A stretch of DNA of 61,525 bases, counting the filler, from Sphacelaria rigidula (Eukaryota): NCBI GenBank assembly GCA_964200075.2. It is 9 parts of 9 records of this genome, joined end to end, with 100 filler letters (N's around TTAATTAATTAA, not from the genome) between each part and the next. Parts side by side here need not be neighbours in the genome. Positions count along the whole stretch, not along the records: positions 6,850 to 13,598 come from CAXNAA020018274.1; positions 13,699 to 20,445 come from CAXNAA020018275.1; positions 20,546 to 27,292 come from CAXNAA020018276.1; 6 more parts are not named here. One strand, 5' to 3'. This document shows, in pieces, positions 13,012-25,599 of the stretch (positions are counted from its first letter, which is position 1; each line of letters starts with the position of its first letter). The position numbers and the translations under genes were made by a program. The notes under the pieces are model-generated. The model did no database searches. It saw nothing but the letters and a program-made list of their open reading frames with translations, and was not told the origin of the DNA.

Positions 13012-13080
13012 GCCCCCCGGTGGTCCTACTGATTCACGAGCCTCCAATTACACAGGTCACGAGTTCGAATCCCGACACCA
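13012..13080 (+). mobile_element. tRNA-derived SINE-like head
   Basis: GCCCCCCGGTGG start, degenerate A box, B box GAGTTCGAATCCC; no intact cloverleaf. Confidence 0.5.
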
Positions 13081-13598
13081 TCATTTTGTTTTCCATAACC
13101 CGGCAGTTTTTTTTTCCGAGCATAAGAGCATCCCCTCACCATCACGTGAATTTTGTCGTAGAGTTCATTTTTCATACCGAACAATACCCCTTCATTCAGT
13201 AAAAAGAAATGGTTGCTGCACTTTCGTGCGAGCTCCTGTCCGAAAAAAGTACCAAGTGGTCTTTCTCGCCTCATTGTGGCTTTGGTTTTTCTGCAAAGCC
13301 TATCTAAAGCACGTGTCCGCTTCTGAGGAAGGCCCAACTGCAGAAAATGCACAGTCAGGCCGGATGCTATGGCACAAATTTTTCTGGCCCATGGATTGTT
13401 CACTTTTGGGACGTTTGAGCCACCTTTGGACCCCCAAACAGGGAAAATTGCCAACGCACGTCTTGGACACTTCACATCACCCCACAGAGAGGAGCCCAGC
13501 CCCCTTTTCAGATTCGCTTAGCTCCAAGGTTTCGAGAGCGGCCGCTGAACAATAATCCATGTGCAATGAAATCTACGGCGATCTCCACAGATTAGTGG

Positions 13599-13698
13599 NN
13601 NNNNNNNNNNNNNNNNNNNNNNNNNNNNNNNNNNNNNNNNNNTTAATTAATTAANNNNNNNNNNNNNNNNNNNNNNNNNNNNNNNNNNNNNNNNNNNN
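13599..13698. other. Artificial contig linker
   Basis: 44 N + TTAATTAATTAA + 44 N. Confidence 0.99.
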
Positions 13699-13767
13699 GG
13701 GGAAAGCACTGTTTTAGGCTTGAGCCTCATCTCGAAGTTAAACCTCAATTCTCACAATTTGTTGTTA
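13699..13767 (-). repeat. High-copy repeat terminus at a contig end
   Basis: Reverse complement is essentially identical to 40918-40985. Confidence 0.9.
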
Positions 13768-14893
13768 TATGATGTATTTCTCGTTGGTGGAAACTTGAGC
13801 ACGTACTTCTTTCATGGTCGCGACATCGCGCGGCGACGACATACGCGGGGTGCGTATATATATATGTACAGCAGGCACGGGTGCGAAGAACAACAATCAA
13901 CCGGCCGTCTATGGTATGTATATACACACTCACCATCATATGCATGCCGCGGATCGCGGACGCACCGCGATATAACACATACTGTAGTGCAGCATTTACA
14001 GGCCGCGCGTACGATATGCTGCTCGTTGTTCAAGTCCTTTTCACATCGCACTGTAGGTAGAGAACATACATATACACATTGTCCTGCGCTGTCTGTACTG
14101 TATACGTTTCCCCTTCCCTTTCGCACGCCCTACGTACTGTGCTGCAGCAGCTGTGCACGCAAATATATGATGTGGAACGGGCGTGAAAAACTTGAGTTCG
14201 TGACGGTATATAACACCCGCCCCATATATCAAAATAAGCTGCAGGCATCTATACATTGTATTTATAGCCAGCCATCTGCAGTACATGGTGCCGCACGTAT
14301 AAGCACGGCGGTATAGCGCACTGCCCCGCATGCAACGGTATTGTACAGTCCAGTATAGTTTATTGTTGTGAATATACATCCTGATTACGCAGTATGCGAT
14401 AAGATCGATGTTTCATTATCTCCTGTATATTGTGTTAGTTCCGTCGACGCGGGACTGCGGGGTTTTCATCAGGTGTTACAGTATGCATCTATTAGCGAGG
14501 TCAATTACCATCCATCATTATGGCATCAGCTGCAACAAAAGCTTGCGTGCAGTAGATAGGACTTGAACAGCTGAAGCTCCTCGCGAGCAAGTTCTTTCTC
14601 CACCCAATTTCAGGTGTTCTTGGTGGTGTACAAATTCCATCTGCGATGTACAGTGCATATATAGGATTGTCTGTACAGCTGAAGCTCTTCGAAATGAATC
14701 CTTTCTCAACTATATTCCAAGTTTGGAATTAGGATATATTTCGAACAGCAGCGGCTGTCCAAATTTCAGATTTCCATTACACTTGTGCCTCTAAAAACAA
14801 TTCGGGGGATTCCAGTGTTATTGACACGGACCTTCGAGGGCCGCCCCAAAATTCAGAAGTACAAAAACCTCGACCAATCCTTAACGACTACCA

Positions 14894-14962
14894 CGCCTAG
14901 CTCCGTGTGTAACCGGCAGGCGACGTGATTCTGAAGTCGAGGGTTCGACTCCCGTCCAACCT
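14894..14962 (+). mobile_element. tRNA-derived SINE-like head
   Basis: A-box-like TAGCTCCGTGTG and B box GGTTCGACTCCC at tRNA-like spacing. Confidence 0.5.
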
Positions 14963-15539
14963 AATCAGTTCTTTTTTCCGCCAGTACCTTGCGCCCGCAG
15001 CTGCATGTGAAGAGTAGTGTTTGTGCGTAAACACACTGCACAGCATTCCCAGCAGCAATGAAGTATCCACGGGGCGACGGAACCCTGTGATGCACACTAT
15101 TCATTACCACTGTAGGAAAACCCTGTGGAGCGTCCTGCGCTAAGCTGGAAAACACGGTACAGAAAAATTCCCGCCAGAAACACTGCGCAGGGTACGTAAA
15201 CCTTGTAGACCCCCTCCACAGGGTGCTATCTGTCCACGTGTGTTCCTTGGCCATGCGTTCGTGCGTACCATTAGACCACGGAGATTACGCTACCGCAAAC
15301 TGGTGATCAACGCGCAAAGCCTCTCGCAATCGGGCCAAAATCGCATTCTTGAAATGCGTGGCGGTTCCACTCACCCACACACGGGGCACCCCCAAAGTTT
15401 TGCACCAACTCAGCAGTACACACTGCTACTGGTTCCAGAGCCACACAGTTGCTCAAATCATCATGCTTACCTAATTATATCGAAACCCAGCATCCTCCGA
15501 CAAACCTTGGGGAGCTAGCGGGCCACTCTCGCCCACGTA

Positions 15540-17359
15540 CAAGAAATCAAAGTGAACGGCTTCATTCGGCGTGGTCCCATGGACCGTTTCGCCGAGCGCG
15601 CGGGGAACAACATCGCCCGCCCTCGAGTCGGCACAGTGAAGGCACTGGCGGACAAATTAGCGCACATGAGTTTCTATCCTCTGCCAGACACAAAACTCTT
15701 GCAAGCGCACGATCGTCGCAGCCATATCACGATGCCCGGCGTCGCGCATGTGCGCGCAAATCATCAGACGTACCTGCAACTGCTTGTCAGAACTCGGAGT
15801 CCACGAAACGTTTAGGCCACGCAAATGCACACGAAACAGACCTTTATCGTCCAAGATAGCAGAACCAACGTCCGACTCGAAAGATTGCACGTCCGCATCT
15901 TCGGCCCCAAGGTCTTTTCGTTGCGCTTGGTAGACAACATATTCGGACGGCATCGAGTCATCAGATTCACACAGACCATACACAGCCACAAAGCGCGCAG
16001 ACAAAGTCGGAATATTCACCCAACGCGAAAGCAAGTCACCCCACGCGTTACGGTCACCCGAAATATGGCAAATCGAGTAACGGTACTGGCCAAAAGCAGC
16101 TTTCCAACCCTTCAAACGTTGTGCCAATGCTTTCGACACAGACGTAACGTACGCTTCTGGATTGAAAGTATACACGAGATTTCGGTGATTCGTAAAAACA
16201 TGCGCACCATCCCACAAAAGATGCTCCGAACAACGAAAAGTGCTCACGATGACAAAACCTTCCTCATCAATTGTGGCCCAACGCAACTGCAAACCCTTGA
16301 AATCACCACTGAGGAAAGCCAGCGGTTCATGCGTCATGTCCTCAACTGGCAGACGTCTTTGCATTCCCGCTTTAGATACTTGCGTAACGAAACTATCCCA
16401 GTGACACTCAGATGCATCCGGAAACACTAGCACCTGACGATCAGGACGAGGATGGAACAGCGTCACGGCGTGAGCCACCAGATCCTTCGCTGCCGCCCAC
16501 GCCTGCAACCTGCCCTGCATCCACGATGCAGGCGGAATAGCGCGGTTTTTTCCAACACGCTTCGTCCGCCTCGCAGCACCCGCCATGAGTTCTTCGAGGA
16601 AAAAACGCAATGGAGCTACGGTTTCCGCCATACGCGGCAACGAGGTACGCAGCCAGTTCACGGCCTGCAGGAATTGCATGAGCTCTGCGGCCGTCTCCGG
16701 GCGCCGCATGTCAGACAAACCTTGCAATCTGACAGGGTCATGAGATACGCGTCCGTGTGAGTACACGTTCCCACACCGTACGAGTTTACTAGCCAAGAAA
16801 GTGCATTTGTGCGCCGCTGCAAACAAACCAACATTCTCTAAACAGGCCAAGATAGCATCAAGCATATCTTAAAGTTCGTCTTCCGTATTCGCGAAAAAAA
16901 CACAGCATCCACCTATATCTTGCATTTGAAGCCGACAAGTAGTTCTGTCATGATACCTTGAAAATATGCCGTGGCGTTCAACACGCCTTGCAGTACTCGC
17001 TTCGGGGTAAACAAGCCTAACAGGGTCGTGATTGTGAAAATCTCCTGCGTCTCCTCCGCCAACGGCATCTACCAATAACGTTGGAGGAGGTCCAACTTGC
17101 CAAAAAAACGAGCACTCAAGAGATCACGCACGTTCGACTCTTGATTGGGCATCACACCCGGCGACTTCTCAACCTGATCATTTACGGCCTTGTAGTCGCA
17201 TACCAGGCGAAACGAGTCTTTCTTGGGAACCGCCATCGCCGGACTGGACCATACCGCCTGCAGGTTCCGGACTACCAACCCAAGCACCAAAAAAGCCGCC
17301 ATGCACGACGCCAACCGGCTCGACTTCATCGAATCGTACCGCCGCGGCTTCGCCTTCAC
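15540..17359 (-). pseudogene. pol: Gypsy RT, RNase H and integrase zinc finger
   Basis: WSSPAMAVPKK..RLVCDYKAVN, KLDL...YW, FPDAS, TNHRNL, NAWGDLLSR, H..AGH...CLHC. Confidence 0.92.
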
Positions 17360-17569
17360 CGCGGATGCCCCAGGTTCAGCTGAACACGCATGGGCTCTAC
17401 GCGCGCAGGGGGATCACCCCGCAGTGCACGACGAAACGCGTTGACGCGGCGATGCAAGATGTCGCGCAGGCATTCCACTTTGGGGACGTTGAGGCCTTTC
17501 ACCACAGCATCCGTCAGGCTCTCCTTCAACGCGACCTTCCGAGCGGACCCCTCTTCCGCCAGGTCTATT

Positions 17570-18364
17570 TTACATATCCGGGCCGCGCTCTACAAAGCGT
17601 TCCACCGCCGCATCCCGCTCCTTGGTCACGTGCCCCCCAGCCTCCTGGAAAGCATCCACCGACAAGCTCACGCGACGACTGCCCAAAAAGGCGGACGTCT
17701 CCACGTGCGGACCAGGCGGAGACATCCTCCTCTTGATGCAGTCCTTCAACCGCTCATACGGGTCGACTCCTAGATCCTGTAGCGTCGGCAGACCCAGAAA
17801 AACAACGCCATCCGACCCTGGCATAATCGCAAACGAGATCGGAGGCAACGGCGCCAGCCCCCGAGCAATCTTGAAGGCTAGCTGCACCGAAGCAGTACGC
17901 TCCGTGACTGAAATATGCTGACCTGACGCGGTGACTGCCTGCCGCGCCCCGAGCGAAAACGGGATGCGCAGCGGCACACCCGGGAGTGGTCGCTCTAGCA
18001 TCTCAACCATTTGCACCGGCAGACTAGTAAAATGGGCGCCAGAATCCAACGCAGACCGAACCACAATGGCTTCACACTGCCATTGATTCGGAAGACATAA
18101 CTCCGCCGGAATGTAACTGTCGGCAAGCTCCACGGGAACTTTCTTCGCTGACCTATGCGCCGCCAATCCCACTTGACGCCAAGGCTCCGCAAGCTGTGCA
18201 AGCTCCGCAAGCTGCGCAGGTGAAGACGCCCTGGCAGGTTCAAACGGCACCGCCGGCGGGTGCGCCCCCCAGCCAGCAAACCAAGAATTTAGTGACCCTC
18301 CCACCAGCGCGTCAAGAGGCGTCGCGCCTGGCGCTGCTGCCGGTGTCACCGCCGGCGCTACCAC
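17570..18364 (-). pseudogene. pol: Retropepsin aspartic protease region
   Basis: ALDSGAHFT catalytic motif and VFLGLPTL (ILG.D.L-like) motif; same frame as gag. Confidence 0.85.
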
Positions 18365-18502
18365 CGGCGTCGGCGCAGTGTTCGACTCTGTAGAAGTCGG
18401 GCCTACCTGCCCCGCCCGCTGCGGAGCAACAGCACCTACGGCGGCGCCGAACCCAGAGCCAGGCCCATGCTGACGCCGCTGCCCCTGCTGCTGCTGATTC
18501 TG

Positions 18503-19195
18503 CTACTGCTGCTGCTGCTGCTGGGGGCTCGCTTGCGACCCTCCATCGCCGGAGGATCCGCCGCCGCCACCACGATTACCTCGTCGTTTGCCCTTGTGCT
18601 GACGGTGCTGATGGCGCGCGGCACTAAACTGCCCATACTCTCCACCGGAAGACGTTGGGCAATCGCGCGCGTAATGGCCGACCTGGCCACAGCGGTGGCA
18701 AGTAATACTGGCGGCGCGACCAGCCGATTTCGAGCCATGGTTGCGCAAAGATTTCGGCGAAGAGATGGAGGACTTGCCGAACACCTCTATTTTCCGCCAC
18801 TCCTCGGCCTCGGCCACGACGGTGCTGATCACCAGGTACGGGTCGTCCTTCCAAGCTGTTTGGTGCTGCAGCTTGACAACCACCGCTTGCTTGAACTTTT
18901 CTGGTGGCAACCCTTCCACCAAAGCCTTAGTGATTACTGCTGCCGGGCCGGGAATGAACTCACCATCGGGGGAACGATATACTCGTTTTGCGTTCGGATT
19001 TTCCGTGAAGTACTTCTCCAAACTAGCCAAGATGGGCTCCACACGCTCCAATATCGTTTTTCCCCGAGAATCCATTGCGACAGCTTTCGCCACGGCCGCG
19101 AACGCTTGGGTCAGATCTAACTCGGCGCCCGCCATATGCCCTGCATGCTTTTGGATCGCCGCAACCAATTGCGGCGATGTTATGAGTGCTCTCAT
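18503..19195 (-). pseudogene. gag: gag with zinc knuckle
   Basis: CHRCGQVGHYARDC is CX2CX4HX4C, followed by a basic/Gly-rich and polyQ tail. Confidence 0.9.
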
Positions 19196-20268
19196 GATGT
19201 TTCAAACGAGCGCACACTATCTGTACATGAGTGGGCACTTGTTGTGCCATAGTCACCACCTGATGCCACACGGCACCCCCTGCATTAGCGTGCTCCACAC
19301 GCCTCTTGTACTATAAGTACTTTGTATAAAAAATGCACTCTCTGAGTACCTGTCCCCGTATTGCGGAAGTCGCAGCTCTTTCCGCATGACCACGGGTGTC
19401 ACGGCGGACGTACCTCGTGAGCCGGTAGCTACAGCTGTAGCTGTAATCAGCTACCTGCGAACCTGTGCAGGCCAGCGGACCTTCGCGAATTGCAGTTTCC
19501 TTGCTTCGCCGCCGCACCACACAGTCGTAGGAGCCTCCAAACTCCCGCAGCACGCAGCTTCAGCAAGTCTCCAGTCTGGATCAATCACAGGCCAGCCGCC
19601 TTTCTGCAGCTGCCTCAGCTAGATCCCTCTCCACGCGTCCGTGGATTACCAGGTTTTCACAGATACCAAACTCCTTCCACCGAATTCCTTTCAGCAGATT
19701 TCTAGCACCAACACCAGCACAAGCACTAACACTAATATCGATATTGTGACGCCAGCCAGTGGAAGCACTGTTGGATCACTGCTGTTGAGGGACTCCCCGG
19801 TCTGACTGGCCTCAGTTTCAGTTGTCAGCCTTTGCAACATTCTCATGAATCAGGAGTGCCATCCAGGCGGCTCCATAAACCACATCAAGGTATCACCCCT
19901 GTGTCCATGTCATCATCCATATCATCACTACAGATCCCAAGTCATCATCCGATCATCACAATATACTCAACGTGACGGCGTGATTTCGTCACAAGTCACA
20001 CGACTATTCACGGGGCCACAGCTGGCTTCCGTTCCCATCAGTAGCCACGCCGGCTTCAATCCCATCACCAGCAAGAACAACGCGTGTGAGACACACTCGA
20101 CGTGCACAGCTCCCATAAAAAGATGCGCATAGCTATACTTCCCCGCACTTCGCCGAGTGAGCAAGCATGGACCCATCGGTGGGTAGTGCGGACTAGCGCT
20201 TCCCAGCGCCGTGGTTATCACGCGCAAGGTGAGTGGGTATTGTTGCACGCAAACCATCTACGAAGAAG

Positions 20269-20299
<31 letters not shown>

Positions 20300-20380
20300 G
20301 CAGCAGTATTGGCACCGGCTGATTCAGACCCACCCCCAGCCGCACACATGGACGGGTTGTAAAAATGCTGCTGCTACTGC

Positions 20381-20429
20381 TAACAGCAAATCGTGAGAAT
20401 TGAGGTTTAACTCTGAATTGAGGCTCAAG
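20381..20429 (+). repeat. Variant of the contig-end repeat terminus
   Basis: TAACAGCAAATCGTGAGAATTGAGGTTTAACT..TGAGGCTCAAG matches 40918 onward. Confidence 0.85.
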
Positions 20430-20445
20430 TGGGCAACCCAACTTG

Positions 20446-20545
20446 NNNNNNNNNNNNNNNNNNNNNNNNNNNNNNNNNNNNNNNNNNNNTTAATTAATTA
20501 ANNNNNNNNNNNNNNNNNNNNNNNNNNNNNNNNNNNNNNNNNNNN
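20446..20545. other. Artificial contig linker
   Basis: 44 N + TTAATTAATTAA + 44 N. Confidence 0.99.
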
Positions 20546-20548
20546 CCA

Positions 20549-20617
20549 ACGCATCGGGAATCGACCCCCGTTCTCTCCACCCTAATGGCGACAGTCGGAC
20601 CATTACATCACCGGGGC
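20549..20617 (-). mobile_element. tRNA-derived SINE-like head
   Basis: Minus strand reads GCCCCGGTGATGTAATGGT (A box) ... GGGGTCGATTCCC (B box). Confidence 0.5.
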
Positions 20618-20923
20618 GCGGCGGCTGCGGTATCTACCGTTAAGCCGAGTAACACACAAATGGCGATGCACTTCAACCCACGAACACGTTGGTACAACGC
20701 GCACACGATGAGGATTCGGACGAGTTTGTATGGGGGAAAATCCCGCACCTGCAGAGACCCCAATCTGTGTAAAATCGGCGTGACTCATCCGCGAAAGTGA
20801 GATTCGCAGGAGGCCCATTATGGTTTCACGGATTCATTGAAGATGGTGCCGTACGCGGAGGGTCATTTTCCACAGGGGCGTGGGATCGCTTTTTAGTGAA
20901 ACCGAAGAACAGGCAGGCGGTGA

Positions 20924-21720
20924 GGGCGTGTCTTGGCACTTCTTCTTCGATCAAAAAAGTGCGATCGATTTTTTCCCGCCGATCTGGTAGGTCCACCACA
21001 TTTATATGTTGCCGGAAGGCTTCAACTCAAAATCACGATTAGCGGCGCGCGGAGTAGAATGCATCGAGGTAGAAAACAATCGTTTTCGATCGAAAGCATG
21101 CGGTCGAAAGGCACGAAGCGGCACTTGACTCCTATCTTACGGACCACCACTCCAGATAACACCTGTTCACAGGACCATGCAAACCCCATCCCACCCATTC
21201 TCGGCTACCACCGCAACCCTGCAGCATAGAGCACGGGTTGAGCCCAGGAATAGATAAAACACTGCGGTATTTGGGTGTGCTTTGTTTAATTTTCTGTTGG
21301 CGAAAACTTGCGCATCTTCTCTCATGGCAAGGATCAGCGACGGAACTGAGGGGTACGGCGGGCAATCGAGTTGCGTGGACGCTCGTGGTCAGTGCAGGCA
21401 GCACAAAGCTGCACGTTGCTGAAATCCTCTTCACGACGTAATGTAAGCAGAGAGAACTGGTGGTCCTGGGCTGTCTGCACTGCACGATGCCCCCTTCTCT
21501 TTTATACCCTCCGGAACGAAACACGCACACACGCACCCGAGACACTGCTTGCAAGCAGTGCAGGTAGTACAGACTGTCTGTACTGTACACGAGTGATCAT
21601 GTGCCGTTTCACGAATTTCGCTGCACTTTTTCGATTGAAAGCTCGAAAATCCATCTGGCGCTCAAATCGATTCCACCGCTCCATTTCTTCGATCGAAAAC
21701 AAAAGTGCTAAGACACGCCC
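20924..21720. mobile_element. Element with long diverged inverted arms around a ~460-bp unique core
   Basis: GGGCGTGTCTTGGCACTT (20925) / AAGTGCTAAGACACGCCC (to 21720); second IR pair ~21073-21130 / ~21595-21650. Confidence 0.55.
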
Positions 21721-21999
21721 TGAGTCATCCTTCAAATACAGGGTCGTACCGTGGTGCCCTACGGTATAATACAGTGATGGGTAGGAACGGGGACCGATTT
21801 TTGGTAATATATTCATGGAAAGTGCAAGCTGAACGCTACATGCGTCAGAACTGGCCCGTGATCCAACGATTTGTATCAATGGAAAATACACGAATCACCT
21901 ATAATAAACGGTCTGGCTCATATGAAATGAAGCATGTTTCTAGTACACTTATTCAAGCCTGGGAGTGGTCGGTGTTAAGTGATATTGTTCCTCCGGAAA

Positions 22000-22400
22000 G
22001 CTCGCTCCACATCAGTAGATGAGAATCTTGTTGCACTAGCGAGTGTCCTGCTCCTGTCTGTACCACTCGGAAAGCACACGCCCCCGAACTGCCACCCCAC
22101 GTTTACCGTCATGGCGAAGATTACGAAACAAGAACATGAAGAGCAGCTATTGTGGTCGCCACACGCCAACGTAACTGCAGTGAAAGGCGTGCCTGACATA
22201 GTGCTAGAACGAGAGAGTATGGAAATTTGGAGATGATGAGCAACAACGTCGCGCATGTGTAAACTACTGTGAACGATGTTGATGATGTTGACGATCGAGA
22301 GGTTCACGCTGTGCGGATTGGCTGCGCGCCGCATATCCTACACACAGCTGTGACTGCAGGATTGGAGAATGCATTTTTATGGGCCCAATGGAGTCAGGGT
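22000..22400 (+). pseudogene. Possible decayed hAT transposase catalytic fragment
   Basis: RIGCAPHILHTAVTAGL matches the hAT CxxH motif context; SNNVA-like segment upstream; stops present. Confidence 0.4.
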
Positions 22401-22699
22401 CATGGCGTGAATGGAAGAAATTCCATCTTGTCAGTCGCTCGGGCACGGTCTGGTTCACCCTGTGCAGATCAACATCTTCGACGTAAATTTTCCCCTAATT
22501 TCAAAATCTCGTAAGGGACAAAGTTGGACAAACGTGACAAAAAAAAGGTGTGAGGCCGGCAGAGACGGGATGGATGGATGGTGATGTGGGAGGGGGCGAC
22601 GCTCCTCAAATAAGGTGAATTGGTTAGTCACCGACTGCGCTCCTTCCCGCCTGTGTAGTGTCCCATCTAAATAGCAAGGTGGCTAAAGTCGCATAGCCT

Positions 22700-23700
22700 A
22701 CACGTTCTTTGCAGTATGAGCAGGTAGTCACGTGAAACATCGTCGCTCTACCGACGCGATCATACATGGCCAGTGCGCCATCGAAAATAAAAACCGCTCG
22801 TCTGTAGACGCCTTGGGTTCTGCCTATAAACCGTCTGCCACAAGACAGCCGTATTTCATCTGTGAACTCGTCCCCTACATGCCAAGGGATGAAAAGGTAT
22901 TCGCTCATGATACGTGAGGTTGTCCTTTGTGCACACCCCCACAGAACAGAGCAGCACATGGCGGACTGCCACCGGAGCAGATGTCATGCCAATGGTTGAT
23001 ACCGAAAAATAACATTTGGTCGAAGATGTAAGTTGGCGCAAATCGCATGGTTTACATATTCTTTACAGGATGTACAGGCAGTCACTTGAAACACCGTGGC
23101 CCTGCCGACCTGGGCATCCATGGTGCCTAGTCTAAAATGAAAAGCACTCTCTGCGCCTTGGCTTCTCCGCTGGAACCCTCAGACACAACAGCCGAAGTTC
23201 ATGTGTGACCTCGCCCTCTGCAATTCAATACATGGAGGGTACTCACTGTTGGAAGCCGAATTTGCTCTTTGTGCACAGCCGTTCAGAACGACGCAGGACC
23301 TGGTGGCACGCCACAAACTGAAATGCCGTCAAACACTGCTCGCCGTAAGAAAATAACATGTAGCCCAAAACGAACCTTGTCGAACGTCGTCGCATAGTTT
23401 GCATCTCAGTCTTTAATATTAAGAGTATATACAGACAGTTACTACATACATAACCGCAGTCGCCAGCAGATGTAAGGCACTGCACATACTGAACTCGCTC
23501 TCGACGCCTTGGCTTCTGCACCGGAGCCCTGACACGAAGCAGCCGCCAGCTTTGTTTTTCTTCTGTGAACTCTCCCTCTGCAATTCGACACTTGTAGGGA
23601 TACTCGCCGTTGAAAGGTGAAATTGCCCTGTGTGCACAGCCACACAGAACAAAGCAGCGCCTGGTGGCACGCAACCAAACTGCACGTGGTCACAAGTTTT
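22700..23700. repeat. Three diverged ~350-bp tandem units
   Basis: Anchor TGTGCACA..C...CAGAAC at ~22928, ~23270 and ~23632, each preceded by TGTGA.CTC. Confidence 0.75.
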
Positions 23701-23813
23701 TGGCGGTGGAACAAGACAAATGCGCACCGACTCTTTTGAATTTGCCATCTTCCATCTCGAAAGACGCTACTAATCCTCAACCCAAAAGTGCCGATCGAGC
23801 AACGCTTTTTTTT

Positions 23814-23928
23814 TGTGTGTGTGTGTGTGTGTGTTGTCGTCCCATCTATCCTGGACGCCAGTCTACACCTCTCGGTATGTGTGGACGCACCAGCCGGGGT
23901 CACAGAGGAGGAAGGTCAACACAGGAGT
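23814..23928 (-). mobile_element. 3' end of a (CA)n-tailed non-LTR element; second copy at 33984-34072
   Basis: GGACGCC.GTCTACACCT.TCGGTATGTG..G.CGCACCAGCCGGGGTCA is shared, and both copies abut a (GT)n tract. Confidence 0.7.
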
Positions 23929-24559
23929 TTGTTTTCTTGTATCTCGGCAACAATCTTGTATGCATTATCGTGACTCGGGAAGGTTTGTACAAAATAACTG
24001 TCTTCATTTTTCGCGCCCAGAGTCAAAGTGCACGCGCCGAGACTCAATGTGTCCTGGAATCCTGTCCGGTGATGAAACATATGATTCCCAGATCGAATAA
24101 CCCGTCTGGCCTTCTACTCAGGCGCAGAACGTTAGCGAAGTGTCAAAATAGGCACTTTGAATCGGTTTGCACCTTTGGTCCCACAAGAAGTTGTCCTTTG
24201 ATTTTTCTCCCATCCTCTTTGCATCTTCTGCTCCGAACTGCTCCGCTTTGCTCTGGCTTTGCTCTTTCGTGAGTCGTCGACGTCTCCTTTCTCGACCCCT
24301 GTTTCTTTCTCGCTCTCTTCCCATCTATCTCATTTGTTCAGTCTGTCCCTGATAGCAGCTGCGCCTATCGATCTCTACTCATGTTCTCGTGGATCAATAT
24401 CTCACTGCTTCCTCCCGGTGATCACATGGTTGGTTACTGCAGTAACCCTGCTCAGAGTTGTCCCGTTCCGAGCTCATCTGCTGACTGTGTATTTCTTGCA
24501 GAGGGAGGACAGCTGCTTGACGGTTCCCCGTCCGATCTCATGTGTTGATGGTGTGTTTT

Positions 24560-24700
24560 TTCCAGAGGGCAAACACTCCAGCCTGCAGCTCGCTAGTACA
24601 GTGAGATACTCCCCACCGGACGAGAAATCACGCTTCCTTGCGTGGTTACCGACTGCGGGTCTGGACAATCTGGCCAATGCGGTGGAGAGATGAAAATAAT
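24560..24700 (-). pseudogene. Possible decayed hAT C-terminal dimerisation domain
   Basis: LARLSRPA......RDFSSGG.YLT....RL resembles LA...LA.PASS...ER.FS.AG...T..R.RL. Confidence 0.35.
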
Positions 24701-25262
24701 GGAGGTTCCTTCACATCCTGACGCGCTATCTCGTCAATGAAACAGGGAATCCGTCCAATCTCGCGGGGAATTGAAGATAACCTTGAGTTTATCGAACTTA
24801 AGCCCCACTTTTTATCATGTACTCTACAAAAACGCCATTTGCGGTATAGAACATATATTGACTAAACGATATCCTGGCGCAAAGGCGAGTCGGTATGCAT
24901 TGAGAAAACAACGTGTAGACCGTTCTAGGAATATAATTTGTATCGGTCGTACATATAGCCGGCCACGTATGACTTGGAGGTACGTTACTCGCACAGCATG
25001 TTCCTTCGAGACGTGCACCAACGCATGTCGTGTGTGTAAAACATCACATGCCGGACAAGCGCAACATGTTTTAACAGCGCAAAATGTTTCACGCTCGAAA
25101 GGGGCAATATATTGCCGGCACACTACGTTGTGCGTGCGTGAGTGCCTTACGGGTCGGGTCGGATGTAAACGAGTTCAGTATGTGTATTTTGCGTGGAATA
25201 TACGGTTGGGCCGGTAGGTGCAACATGTGCCGACGAGACATGTAGCCCTCTCGCAAGAAAGA

Positions 25263-25482
25263 CCGTTGATGGAAAAATGACGATTAGATTTGACGTTTTG
25301 TTGGGCAAGATACGGTCGTATTCGTATTACTGTTGGTGATGCAGCGCATCAAAAGGGTGCGCCACTCTAAGTTCAAGTATACTACCGGGACAGATTCGTG
25401 CGCCGGACTGGAAGTGACGTTTTCCTGGTGACGAAAGGTAGCATACGGGACTTTGTACCATTTTTCGCGAGTTCCGAAGGGG
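25263..25482 (+). repeat. Interspersed repeat shared with 11341-11570
   Basis: Colinear nucleotide similarity. Confidence 0.8.
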
Positions 25483-25599
25483 TGCAATTCGGTGTTGGAT
25501 GTAACCTATCGACACACCTCCAATCTACTTTTTTCTCGGTACGTTCTCAGTGTGTACTCTTGTTACACTATGTCGACGGCCCGCGGTGTAAACTACATA

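Larger units (their letters stand above)
15540..19700 (-). mobile_element. Ty3/gypsy LTR retrotransposon, decayed, truncated within the integrase
   Basis: Order is gag (CCHC), protease (LDSGA), RT, RNase H, integrase HHCC finger. Multiple stops and frameshifts; the upstream boundary is approximate. Confidence 0.93.

Noticed and set aside
18503..18505. Programmed UAG readthrough between gag and protease (same frame, single stop)
   Set aside because: The TAG sits in a CAG run (a single C>T change), lacks a CARYYA context, and the element has several other disabling stops. Decay is the simpler explanation.
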